A stretch of DNA of 64,000 bases from Escherichia coli (GTDB lineage: Bacteria; Pseudomonadota; Gammaproteobacteria; Enterobacterales; Enterobacteriaceae). The stretch lies in NCBI RefSeq assembly GCF_044647545.1, contig NZ_CP172818.1. One strand, given 5' to 3'. Shown in pieces: positions 55,006 through 64,000 of the stretch. Positions within the stretch are counted from its first letter, which is position 1. Each line of letters begins with the position of its first letter. The notes beneath the pieces are model-generated. The model made no database searches and was not told the DNA's origin. It was given only the letters and a program-made list of their open reading frames with translations. Made by a program: the position numbers and the translations under genes.

Positions 55006-55146
55006 TGTTTGCTGACAAAGTGTCACTTTATTTATACCGGATACGGCGTGAACACGTTACCCGTCTGGCAACATCTAGAAAAATCAATATATTGCAGGAG
55101 CCGCACAGGCCTGATAAGCATTGTGCATCAGGCAAAGTTCACGCAT

Positions 55147-55707
55147 TTACAACCGCCCCTGCCCCTTCAACCATTCGCGCACGAGGAAAAGCGCGCTGAC
55201 ATTACGCGCTTCGTTGAAGTCAGGGTCTTCCAGCAAATCCATCATATGCGCCAGCGGCCAGCGCACCTGTGGTAGCGGCTCTGGCTCATCGCCTTCCAGC
55301 GATTCCGGATAGAGATCTTGCGCTACCACGATATTCATTTTGCTGGAAAAGTAAGACGGCGCCATGCTGAGCTTCTTCAAAAAAGTCAGATCGTTCGCAC
55401 CACATCCCACTTCTTCTTTTAGCTCGCGGTTAGCGGCTTCGTAGACGCTTTCACCCGGATCAATTAATCCTTTCGAAAAACCTAATTCGTAGGATTCCGT
55501 TCCCACTGCGTATTCGCGGATCAGGATCAGGTGATCGTCCACAATCGGCACAATCATCACTGCTTCCCGGTTAGTTGGACGCATTCGTTCATAAACACGC
55601 CGCACGCCATTGCTGAACTCCAGATCCACGCTTTCGACGGTAAACAGTCGGGAACGGGCTACAGTTTCAACATTCAGAATGGTGGGTTTTTGTAATGATT
55701 TGCTCAT
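55147..55707 (-). CDS. nudE: ADP compounds hydrolase NudE (Nudix)
   Basis: 186 aa ORF with Nudix box GLIDPGESVYEAANRELKEEVG. Confidence 0.9.
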   Translation of the reverse strand: MSKSLQKPTILNVETVARSRLFTVESVDLEFSNGVRRVYERMRPTNREAVMIVPIVDDHLILIREYAVGTESYELGFSKGLIDPGESVYEAANRELKEEVGCGANDLTFLKKLSMAPSYFSSKMNIVVAQDLYPESLEGDEPEPLPQVRWPLAHMMDLLEDPDFNEARNVSALFLVREWLKGQGRL

Positions 55708-56026
55708 CGTGGGATCTATGCTGTGAAATCAGCGGTTATTGTGCGATATCGGACACGCTTTCGGCAATGTGAATTGCATGTTATTTACATTTATGTAACT
55801 TATTAAATAATCATCCTCAAATCAAATTAAAAGTCAATAGGTTGAAATAACTCCAGGAATTTGCTGATATTCCGCCTTCAGAGGGTTTGCTATGATCAGC
55901 GGTTACTGTGATGTGCTTAATGATGCTCAAGTTAAACTCCACGCTTGCCGATAGCCAACCGCAGAATCATGTATTGTGTCCGGTGCGACTGACCACGCCT
56001 GACAGACTAAGTAAGATGGGGAAAGC

Positions 56027-58162
56027 ATGAGCACCATTGTGATTTTTTTAGCTGCTTTGCTGGCCTGCTCACTACTTGCGGGATGGCTGATAAAAGTGCG
56101 ATCCAGGCGGCGTCAGCTGCCCTGGACCAACGCCTTCGCGGATGCGCAAACGCGTAAACTCACACCTGAAGAACGTAGCGCCGTTGAAAATTATCTTGAG
56201 AGCCTGACGCAGGTATTACAGGTGCCTGGCCCAACGGGAGCCAGCGCGGCACCGATCTCTCTGGCGCTGAATGCCGAAAGCAACAACGTCATGATGCTGA
56301 CACACGCTATCACGCGTTACGGCATCTCTACCGACGATCCGAATAAATGGCGTTACTACCTCGATTCGGTAGAAGTCCACTTGCCCCCTTTCTGGGAGCA
56401 GTACATCAACGATGAGAATACCGTTGAACTGATTCATACCGATTCGCTGCCGCTGGTTATTTCACTCAACGGTCATACGCTGCAGGAGTACATGCAGGAA
56501 ACGCGCGGCTATGCCTTGCAACCTGTTCCGTCAACACAGGCGTCGATTCGCGGGGAAGAGAGTGAGCAAATCGAGCTACTCAATATTCGCAAAGAAACGC
56601 ATGAAGAATATGCGCTAAGTCGTCCGCGCGGGCTGCGCGAAGCGTTGCTGATTGTCGCCTCCTTCCTGATGTTCTTTTTCTGCCTGATTACCCCGGATGT
56701 ATTTGTTCCGTGGCTGGCAGGCGGCGCGTTACTGCTGCTGGGCGCAGGACTGTGGGGGCTATTCGCGCCCCCGGCAAAATCCTCCCTGCGGGAAATTCAT
56801 TGTCTACGCGGCACACCCCGTCGTTGGGGATTGTTTGGCGAAAACGATCAGGAACAGATCAACAATATTTCACTCGGTATTATCGACCTGGTCTATCCCG
56901 CACACTGGCAGCCCTACATTGCTCAGGATCTTGGTCAACAAACCGATATCGATATCTATCTCGACCGCCACGTAGTGCGTCAGGGGCGATATCTTTCGCT
57001 GCATGATGAAGTAAAAAACTTTCCGTTACAGCACTGGCTGCGCAGTACGATTATCGCTGCGGGCTCGCTACTGGTGCTGTTTATGCTGTTATTCTGGATC
57101 CCGCTGGATATGCCGCTGAAATTCACCCTCTCGTGGATGAAAGGCGCGCAGACCATTGAAGCCACCAGCGTGAAACAACTGGCTGACGCTGGCGTGCGGG
57201 TTGGCGATACATTGCGTATTAGCGGTACGGGAATGTGTAATATTCGCACTTCCGGTACCTGGAGCGCGAAAACCAACTCACCTTTTTTACCGTTTGACTG
57301 CTCGCAGATCATATGGAATGACGCCCGCTCATTGCCATTACCAGAATCTGAACTGGTCAACAAAGCGACGGCATTGACCGAAGCAGTTAATCGCCAGCTG
57401 CACCCTAAACCGGAAGATGAATCTCGCGTCAGCGCCTCATTACGTTCAGCAATTCAAAAATCCGGCATGGTATTGCTTGATGATTTTGGCGACATAGTAC
57501 TGAAGACAGCGGATTTATGTTCTGCCAAAGATGACTGTGTGCGACTGAAAAATGCGCTGGTCAATCTCGGCAACAGTAAAGACTGGGACGCGCTGGTAAA
57601 ACGCGCCAACGCCGGGAAACTCGATGGCGTGAATGTGTTATTACGCCCGGTGAGTGCGGAATCACTGGATAACCTGGTGGCAACCTCCACCGCGCCGTTT
57701 ATCACGCATGAAACGGCGCGAGCGGCACAATCACTAAACAGTCCGGCCCCCGGTGGATTCCTGATTGTCAGCGACGAAGGCAGCGATTTTGTTGATCAGC
57801 CCTGGCCTTCGGCATCACTTTACGACTACCCGCCGCAAGAACAGTGGAACGCTTTCCAGAAACTGGCACAAATGCTGATGCATACGCCGTTTAACGCCGA
57901 AGGTATCGTCACAAAAATCTTCACTGACGCCAATGGTACGCAGCATATTGGCCTTCATCCGATCCCGGATCGTTCCGGTCTGTGGCGCTATCTCAGCACC
58001 ACTCTGCTGCTACTGACGATGCTGGGTAGCGCCATTTATAATGGCGTACAGGCCTGGCGTCGTTACCAGCGTCATCGTACTCGCATGATGAAGATTCAGG
58101 CCTATTATGAAAGCTGCCTGAACCCACAACTGATCACCCCTTCAGAAAGCCTTATCGAATAA
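56027..58162 (+). CDS. igaA: Inner-membrane protein IgaA (YrfF), negative regulator of the Rcs phosphorelay
   Basis: 711 aa ORF MSTIVIFLAALLACSLLAGWLIKVRSRRRQ... with several TM segments. Confidence 0.88.
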   Translation: MSTIVIFLAALLACSLLAGWLIKVRSRRRQLPWTNAFADAQTRKLTPEERSAVENYLESLTQVLQVPGPTGASAAPISLALNAESNNVMMLTHAITRYGISTDDPNKWRYYLDSVEVHLPPFWEQYINDENTVELIHTDSLPLVISLNGHTLQEYMQETRGYALQPVPSTQASIRGEESEQIELLNIRKETHEEYALSRPRGLREALLIVASFLMFFFCLITPDVFVPWLAGGALLLLGAGLWGLFAPPAKSSLREIHCLRGTPRRWGLFGENDQEQINNISLGIIDLVYPAHWQPYIAQDLGQQTDIDIYLDRHVVRQGRYLSLHDEVKNFPLQHWLRSTIIAAGSLLVLFMLLFWIPLDMPLKFTLSWMKGAQTIEATSVKQLADAGVRVGDTLRISGTGMCNIRTSGTWSAKTNSPFLPFDCSQIIWNDARSLPLPESELVNKATALTEAVNRQLHPKPEDESRVSASLRSAIQKSGMVLLDDFGDIVLKTADLCSAKDDCVRLKNALVNLGNSKDWDALVKRANAGKLDGVNVLLRPVSAESLDNLVATSTAPFITHETARAAQSLNSPAPGGFLIVSDEGSDFVDQPWPSASLYDYPPQEQWNAFQKLAQMLMHTPFNAEGIVTKIFTDANGTQHIGLHPIPDRSGLWRYLSTTLLLLTMLGSAIYNGVQAWRRYQRHRTRMMKIQAYYESCLNPQLITPSESLIE

Positions 58163-58226
58163 CACGTTTGCGCGGCAGGTTATGCTACCCTGTCGCGCAA
58201 ATTGCTTCACTCTGGAGATTTCCCTC

Positions 58227-58895
58227 ATGCATATCAACATTGCCTGGCAGGACGTAGATACCGTTCTGCTGGATATGGACGGCACGTTGCTCGACCTCGC
58301 CTTCGATAACTATTTCTGGCAAAAGCTGGTGCCTGAAACATGGGGCGCGAAAAACGGGGTTACGCCACAGGAAGCGATGGAATATATGCGCCAGCAATAT
58401 CACGACGTACAGCATACGCTAAACTGGTACTGTCTTGATTACTGGAGTGAGCAACTGGGTCTGGATATCTGTGCGATGACCACCGAGATGGGACCGCGTG
58501 CCGTACTGCGTGAAGATACCATTCCGTTTCTTGAGGCACTGAAAGCCAGCGGTAAGCAGCGAATTTTGCTCACCAATGCGCATCCGCACAACCTGGCGGT
58601 AAAACTTGAGCATACCGGTCTGGACGCACACCTTGATTTATTACTTTCCACCCACACATTTGGTTATCCGAAAGAGGATCAGCGGTTATGGCATGCGGTG
58701 GCCGAAGCTACGGGTCTTAAAGCTGAAAGAACACTGTTTATTGATGACAGCGAAGCGATTCTCGATGCTGCCGCGCAATTTGGTATTCGTTACTGCCTCG
58801 GTGTGACTAATCCTGACTCCGGGATTGCCGAGAAACAGTATCAACGCCATCCGTCACTGAATGACTACCGCCGCCTGATCCCCTCGCTAATGTGA
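58227..58895 (+). CDS. yrfG: HAD-family nucleotidase YrfG
   Basis: ORF ...MHINIAWQDVDTVLLDMDGTLLD...; start at internal Met (222 aa); HAD DxDGT motif. Confidence 0.88.
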   Translation: MHINIAWQDVDTVLLDMDGTLLDLAFDNYFWQKLVPETWGAKNGVTPQEAMEYMRQQYHDVQHTLNWYCLDYWSEQLGLDICAMTTEMGPRAVLREDTIPFLEALKASGKQRILLTNAHPHNLAVKLEHTGLDAHLDLLLSTHTFGYPKEDQRLWHAVAEATGLKAERTLFIDDSEAILDAAAQFGIRYCLGVTNPDSGIAEKQYQRHPSLNDYRRLIPSLM

Positions 58896-58905
58896 AGGAG
58901 ACGCC

Positions 58906-59307
58906 ATGAAAGAAAAACCTGCTGTTGAGGTTCGACTGGATAAATGGCTATGGGCTGCCCGTTTTTATAAAACCCGCGCGCTGGCCCGTGAAATGATTGA
59001 AGGCGGTAAGGTGCATTACAACGGGCAGCGCAGCAAGCCGAGCAAAATCGTCGAGCTGAATGCCACGCTCACTCTGCGCCAGGGAAATGACGAACGCACG
59101 GTGATTGTAAAGGCGATTACTGAACAGCGTCGCCCCGCCAGCGAGGCAGCCTTGCTGTATGAAGAGACTGCGGAAAGTGTAGAGAAACGCGAAAAAATGG
59201 CGCTGGCACGTAAACTTAATGCCTTAACCATGCCACACCCGGACCGACGCCCGGACAAAAAAGAGCGCCGCGACCTGTTACGATTTAAACACGGCGACAG
59301 TGAATAA
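58906..59307 (+). CDS. hslR: Heat-shock protein Hsp15 (ribosome-associated, S4-like RNA-binding)
   Basis: 133 aa ORF MKEKPAVEVRLDKWLWAARFYKTRALAREMIEGGKVHYNGQR... Confidence 0.9.
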   Translation: MKEKPAVEVRLDKWLWAARFYKTRALAREMIEGGKVHYNGQRSKPSKIVELNATLTLRQGNDERTVIVKAITEQRRPASEAALLYEETAESVEKREKMALARKLNALTMPHPDRRPDKKERRDLLRFKHGDSE

Positions 59308-59325
59308 CTGTCACCTGCAAGAGAG

Positions 59326-60210
59326 ATGATTATGCCGCAACATGACCAATTACATCGCTATCTGTTTGAAAACTTTGCCGTTCGCGGCGAACTGGTAACC
59401 GTTTCGGAAACCCTGCAACAGATCCTTGAGAATCACGATTATCCGCAGCCCGTTAAAAACGTGCTGGCAGAACTGCTGGTTGCGACCAGCCTGTTAACCG
59501 CTACGCTGAAGTTTGATGGTGATATCACCGTACAGCTGCAAGGCGACGGTCCGATGAATCTGGCGGTTATTAACGGTAACAACAACCAGCAGATGCGCGG
59601 TGTAGCGCGCGTGCAGGGAGAAATTCCAGAAAATGCCGACCTGAAAACGCTGGTCGGCAATGGTTACGTGGTGATCACCATCACCCCGAGCGAAGGCGAA
59701 CGCTATCAGGGCGTGGTGGGTCTGGAAGGTGATACCCTGGCGGCCTGCCTGGAAGATTACTTTATGCGTTCTGAACAGCTGCCGACGCGCCTGTTTATTC
59801 GCACCGGCGACGTAGACGGCAAACCGGCTGCAGGCGGTATGTTGTTGCAGGTAATGCCTGCGCAAAATGCCCAGCAGGACGACTTTGACCACCTGGCGAC
59901 GCTAACCGAAACCATCAAAACCGAAGAACTGCTGACTTTACCGGCAAACGAAGTGTTGTGGCGTTTGTATCACGAAGAAGAGGTGACGGTTTACGATCCG
60001 CAGGATGTGGAGTTCAAATGCACCTGCTCGCGTGAACGTTGCGCCGACGCGCTAAAAACGCTGCCGGATGAAGAAGTCGATAGCATCCTGGCGGAAGATG
60101 GCGAAATTGACATGCATTGTGATTACTGCGGTAACCACTATCTGTTCAATGCGATGGATATTGCTGAAATCCGCAACAACGCGTCTCCGGCAGATCCGCA
60201 AGTTCATTAA
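59326..60210 (+). CDS. hslO: Redox-regulated chaperone Hsp33
   Basis: [20 protein letters not shown]... with C-terminal zinc centre CTCSRERC...CDYCGNHY; true start probably the Met 2 codons in. Confidence 0.92.
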   Translation: MIMPQHDQLHRYLFENFAVRGELVTVSETLQQILENHDYPQPVKNVLAELLVATSLLTATLKFDGDITVQLQGDGPMNLAVINGNNNQQMRGVARVQGEIPENADLKTLVGNGYVVITITPSEGERYQGVVGLEGDTLAACLEDYFMRSEQLPTRLFIRTGDVDGKPAAGGMLLQVMPAQNAQQDDFDHLATLTETIKTEELLTLPANEVLWRLYHEEEVTVYDPQDVEFKCTCSRERCADALKTLPDEEVDSILAEDGEIDMHCDYCGNHYLFNAMDIAEIRNNASPADPQVH

Positions 60211-60218
60211 TGAGTATG

Positions 60219-60246
60219 TCCGGCAGAGAGGGCTCTGCCGGATTTT
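60219..60246 (+). terminator. Rho-independent terminator of hslO
   Basis: Hairpin tccggcagagagggctctgccgga followed by ttttacg. Confidence 0.65.
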
Positions 60247-60257
60247 ACGACGTAATG

Positions 60258-60286
60258 GCCTGATGCGCTGCGCTTACCAGGCCTAT
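60258..60286. repeat. REP element
   Basis: gcctgatgcgctgcgcttaccaggcctat matches the REP consensus family GCCTGATGCG...AGGCCTAC. Confidence 0.6.
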
Positions 60287-60343
60287 GAAATAAATCGCAA
60301 GTTATTTTGGTCAGATACAGCGTCGTATCCGTTAAAAGCGTTG

Positions 60344-62068
60344 TCACTTACTTAAGTTTATTTCCAGCGTTTCACCATCTACCGTCAGATCGCGCCACGC
60401 TTTAGGCCTCGTCCCCAGCTTTCCATCCTTCGCAGCAGCGAGTAATTTTTCTTTCGTTATTTGGCGCGGAAGTAAACTCATATCAAGCGCGTCCCATTCT
60501 TTTCTGGCTGAGTCAAAGCCATAGACAATGACTCTGTCATCATTAAAAGCAAACAGGATCCGCTCCGCCTGACCATCACTATTCAGATCTTGCTCGACCA
60601 GTACGCAGGCGTCTTTTTCAATACAGGTCATCACGTTATAGCGATCCTGGATTAAGGCCGACCAGAATGTCGCATCCGGTTTACCAGAACCTGGGGCAAT
60701 TAACACATTATCGGCTAATACTTTTTCCGATACCTGTTCCTGAAGATGTTGCTCTCCATCTAACGCCATCAGCAGATCCCGCGCGCGTTTCGGGTCTTTC
60801 ATAAACCCGGCATCGCTTTTCAGCGACTCAAGCGCCGCACGTCCATAGCGACCGCTCTGTTCGAGCATGTAGATAGTTACCTGGTCTGGCGTGTTTTTGC
60901 CGCTCTGATAACGCGCCATATGACTGTTCACGCTAATGCGCATACTGTCCAGCACCGGCGAATTAAGAAGCACCAGCATTACCAACACCAATAACGAAAC
61001 CGCAAAGTTCACTTTGCCCTGAAGATCAAGGGGATTTTGCCCTTTACGCCAGACGATACTGACAAAATACCCCAGTGACCATACCAGTAACACCAGCACC
61101 GCCAGCGCGCCCTGCAAGCGGTCGACAGTCCAGCCGTACTGAGCGACCCGCAGCCATAACGCCCAGGCGGCGACGAACACATACAGCGGAGCAACCAGCA
61201 AAGCGGTTTTAATCAGGCAACGCAACGGCCCCGTCCAGGGAAGAGACGCTTTTTGCGGATCGCGGACAATAGCCATTAAGATCAATTGCAAAAAGGCCAG
61301 CGTTAACAGCAACCCAGCGGCGGAGATGTGGCGAGAAATCGCGCTCAGGCCCGTAAACGGCAGGGTGATAATAAACATCAGGGTTAGCAATGATACTAAC
61401 GGCAGCAACCCCGTGGCGATTAACGTGAACAACTTTTGAATAGAGTCGATTAAACGTGACTGTGTACGCGCGAGGATCACCGCCAGTGCGGTAACCAGAC
61501 CTAACGTGAGATAAATAAACCAGTCGGTTGCAAAAAAGAGCGTTTTGAAAAACGTGATGCCAACAAGTTTAAACAACTCACTCCACAGTAAAAGCACCAG
61601 CCACGTCAGGCCATTGGCGAGAAAAATCACCAGTAATATAAGTACATTATGCCATACTGACTGGTAAAAATAGCGATAGCGGCTACTGTCATTGCGGATG
61701 CGAAGGCTTTGTTGTATCCACGGTAGCAACAACATTGCCATCAGCAGCAGATAGCAGCCAAAATCCCAAAGCGCCTTTTCAGCTCTCCAGGGGTTCATGC
61801 CATCAATTTGCCACTTTAGCCAACCGCTCATCCCTAGCGTGGCAATAAACACCAGCGCCAGCCATCCCCAAAGGCGCTTCTGTTTAAAGGAGATCACGGA
61901 GAAGAGTAAAACGGATGAAAACGCGACGGTCGCAGGCACGCCATAAACAATCCAACTGAGATTTTTTCCTGCAAGCCAAGCGATCAGCAGGTAGCAAACC
62001 AGACCCTGAAGTAATCCGGTAGCAATCATCCCCCAACGTGTTGCGGGTGAAAGTTCAACGCTATCCAT
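60344..62068 (-). CDS. yhgE: Large inner-membrane protein YhgE (DUF4153-type)
   Basis: 574 aa ORF with many TM segments followed by a soluble C-terminal region. Confidence 0.85.
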   Translation of the reverse strand: MDSVELSPATRWGMIATGLLQGLVCYLLIAWLAGKNLSWIVYGVPATVAFSSVLLFSVISFKQKRLWGWLALVFIATLGMSGWLKWQIDGMNPWRAEKALWDFGCYLLLMAMLLLPWIQQSLRIRNDSSRYRYFYQSVWHNVLILLVIFLANGLTWLVLLLWSELFKLVGITFFKTLFFATDWFIYLTLGLVTALAVILARTQSRLIDSIQKLFTLIATGLLPLVSLLTLMFIITLPFTGLSAISRHISAAGLLLTLAFLQLILMAIVRDPQKASLPWTGPLRCLIKTALLVAPLYVFVAAWALWLRVAQYGWTVDRLQGALAVLVLLVWSLGYFVSIVWRKGQNPLDLQGKVNFAVSLLVLVMLVLLNSPVLDSMRISVNSHMARYQSGKNTPDQVTIYMLEQSGRYGRAALESLKSDAGFMKDPKRARDLLMALDGEQHLQEQVSEKVLADNVLIAPGSGKPDATFWSALIQDRYNVMTCIEKDACVLVEQDLNSDGQAERILFAFNDDRVIVYGFDSARKEWDALDMSLLPRQITKEKLLAAAKDGKLGTRPKAWRDLTVDGETLEINLSK

Positions 62069-62312
62069 GTTAGTTATCCAGAATCAAAAAGTGGGTTAAT
62101 TATCGCATCCGGGCCGTAGTATTTTGCTTTTTTCAGAAAATAATCAAAAAAAGTTAGCGTGGTGAATCGATACTTTACCGATTGAATTTGCATCAATTTC
62201 ATTCAGGAATGCGATTCCACTCACAATATTCCCGCCATATAAACCAAGATTTAACCTTTTAAGAACATTTTCCACACCTAAAATGCTATTTCTGCGATAA
62301 TAGCAACCGTTT

Positions 62313-62328
62313 CGTGACAGGAATCACG
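62313..62328 (+). promoter_or_regulatory. Candidate cAMP-CRP binding site in the pckA promoter region
   Basis: cGTGAcaggaaTCACg resembles TGTGA-N6-TCACA; about 120 nt upstream of the pckA ATG; pckA is a known CRP-activated gene. Confidence 0.3.
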
Positions 62329-62446
62329 GAGTTTTTTGTCAAATATGAATTTCTCCAGATACGTAAATCTATGAGCCTTGTCGCGGTTAACACCCCCAAA
62401 AAGACTTTACTATTCAGGCAATACATATTGGCTAAGGAGCAGTGAA

Positions 62447-64000
62447 ATGCGCGTTAACAATGGTTTGACCCCGCAAGAACTCGAGGCTTATGGTATCAGT
62501 GACGTACATGATATCGTTTACAACCCAAGCTACGACCTGCTGTATCAGGAAGAGCTCGATCCGAGCCTGACAGGTTATGAGCGCGGGGTGTTAACTAATC
62601 TGGGTGCCGTTGCCGTCGATACCGGGATCTTCACCGGTCGTTCACCAAAAGATAAGTATATCGTCCGTGACGATACCACTCGCGATACTTTCTGGTGGGC
62701 AGACAAAGGCAAAGGTAAGAACGACAACAAACCTCTCTCTCCGGAAACCTGGCAGCATCTTAAAGGCCTGGTGACCAAACAGCTTTCCGGCAAACGTCTG
62801 TTCGTTGTCGACGCTTTCTGTGGTGCGAACCCGGATACTCGTCTTTCCGTCCGTTTCATCACCGAAGTGGCCTGGCAGGCGCATTTTGTCAAAAACATGT
62901 TTATTCGCCCGAGCGATGAAGAGCTGGCAGGTTTCAAACCAGACTTTATCGTTATGAACGGCGCGAAGTGCACTAACCCGCAGTGGAAAGAACAGGGTCT
63001 GAACTCCGAAAACTTCGTGGCGTTTAACCTGACCGAGCGCATGCAGCTGATTGGCGGCACCTGGTACGGCGGCGAAATGAAGAAAGGGATGTTCTCAATG
63101 ATGAACTACCTGCTGCCGCTGAAAGGTATCGCTTCTATGCACTGCTCCGCCAACGTTGGTGAGAAAGGCGATGTTGCGGTGTTCTTCGGCCTTTCCGGCA
63201 CCGGTAAAACCACCCTTTCCACCGACCCGAAACGTCGCCTGATTGGCGATGACGAACACGGCTGGGACGATGACGGCGTGTTTAACTTTGAAGGCGGCTG
63301 CTACGCAAAAACTATCAAGCTGTCGAAAGAAGCGGAACCTGAAATCTACAACGCTATCCGTCGTGATGCGCTGCTGGAAAACGTCACCGTGCGTGAAGAT
63401 GGCACTATCGACTTTGATGATGGTTCAAAAACCGAGAACACCCGCGTTTCTTATCCGATCTATCACATCGAAAACATCGTTAAGCCGGTGTCCAAAGCGG
63501 GCCACGCAACTAAGGTTATCTTCCTGACTGCTGATGCTTTCGGCGTGCTGCCGCCGGTTTCTCGTCTGACTGCCGATCAAACCCAGTACCACTTCCTCTC
63601 TGGCTTCACCGCCAAACTGGCTGGTACAGAGCGCGGCATCACCGAACCGACGCCAACCTTCTCCGCCTGCTTCGGCGCGGCATTCCTGTCGCTGCACCCA
63701 ACTCAGTACGCAGAAGTGCTGGTGAAACGTATGCAGGCGGCAGGCGCGCAGGCGTATCTGGTTAACACCGGCTGGAACGGCACTGGCAAACGTATCTCGA
63801 TTAAAGATACCCGCGCCATTATCGACGCCATCCTCAACGGTTCGCTGGATAACGCAGAAACCTTCACTTTGCCGATGTTTAACCTGGCGATCCCAACTGA
63901 ACTGCCGGGCGTAGACACGAAGATTCTCGATCCGCGTAACACCTACGCTTCCCCGGAACAGTGGCAGGAAAAAGCTGAAACGCTGGCGAAACTGTTTATC
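62447..64000 (+). CDS. pckA: Phosphoenolpyruvate carboxykinase (ATP), 5' 518 codons (gene continues beyond window end)
   Basis: ATG at 62447 with AGGAG RBS; translation [36 protein letters not shown]...; frame open to the window end, so not in the ORF track. Confidence 0.92.
   Translation, partial: MRVNNGLTPQELEAYGISDVHDIVYNPSYDLLYQEELDPSLTGYERGVLTNLGAVAVDTGIFTGRSPKDKYIVRDDTTRDTFWWADKGKGKNDNKPLSPETWQHLKGLVTKQLSGKRLFVVDAFCGANPDTRLSVRFITEVAWQAHFVKNMFIRPSDEELAGFKPDFIVMNGAKCTNPQWKEQGLNSENFVAFNLTERMQLIGGTWYGGEMKKGMFSMMNYLLPLKGIASMHCSANVGEKGDVAVFFGLSGTGKTTLSTDPKRRLIGDDEHGWDDDGVFNFEGGCYAKTIKLSKEAEPEIYNAIRRDALLENVTVREDGTIDFDDGSKTENTRVSYPIYHIENIVKPVSKAGHATKVIFLTADAFGVLPPVSRLTADQTQYHFLSGFTAKLAGTERGITEPTPTFSACFGAAFLSLHPTQYAEVLVKRMQAAGAQAYLVNTGWNGTGKRISIKDTRAIIDAILNGSLDNAETFTLPMFNLAIPTELPGVDTKILDPRNTYASPEQWQEKAETLAKLFI

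Overview
This window reads as a contiguous, gene-dense stretch of Escherichia coli (or Shigella) core chromosome. Gene order: rpsC' (partial), the start of the S10 ribosomal operon (rplV-rpsS-rplB-rplW-rplD-rplC-rpsJ), bfr-bfd, the str operon (rpsL-rpsG-fusA-tufA), tusBCD-yheO, fkpA, slyX, slyD, yheV, kefGB, yheSTU, prkB, yhfA, crp, yhfK, argD, pabA, fic-yhfG, ppiA, tsgA, nirBDC-cysG, yhfL, the uncharacterised yhfS-yhfZ operon, trpS-gph-rpe-dam-damX-aroB-aroK, hofQPONM, mrcA, nudE, igaA, yrfG, hslR-hslO, yhgE and the start of pckA. I found no rRNA, tRNA, CRISPR array, IS element, prophage or recognisable defence/toxin island, and no clearly novel system. The most notable points are three places where gene content differs from my memory of the K-12 reference: (1) between rpsJ and bfr, where K-12 carries the gsp type II secretion cluster, there is only about 0.7 kb containing an anomalous GC-rich tract and a frameshifted 3' remnant of a prepilin-peptidase (gspO-like) gene; (2) bfd is followed directly by tufA with no chiA; (3) yhfL is followed 65 bp later by the end of yhfS with no frlABCDR. 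S7 is the short 156-aa form, which also points to a non-K-12 background. The least understood block is the eight-gene yhfS-yhfZ operon. All identifications come from reading the six-frame translations and motifs; no database search was run.
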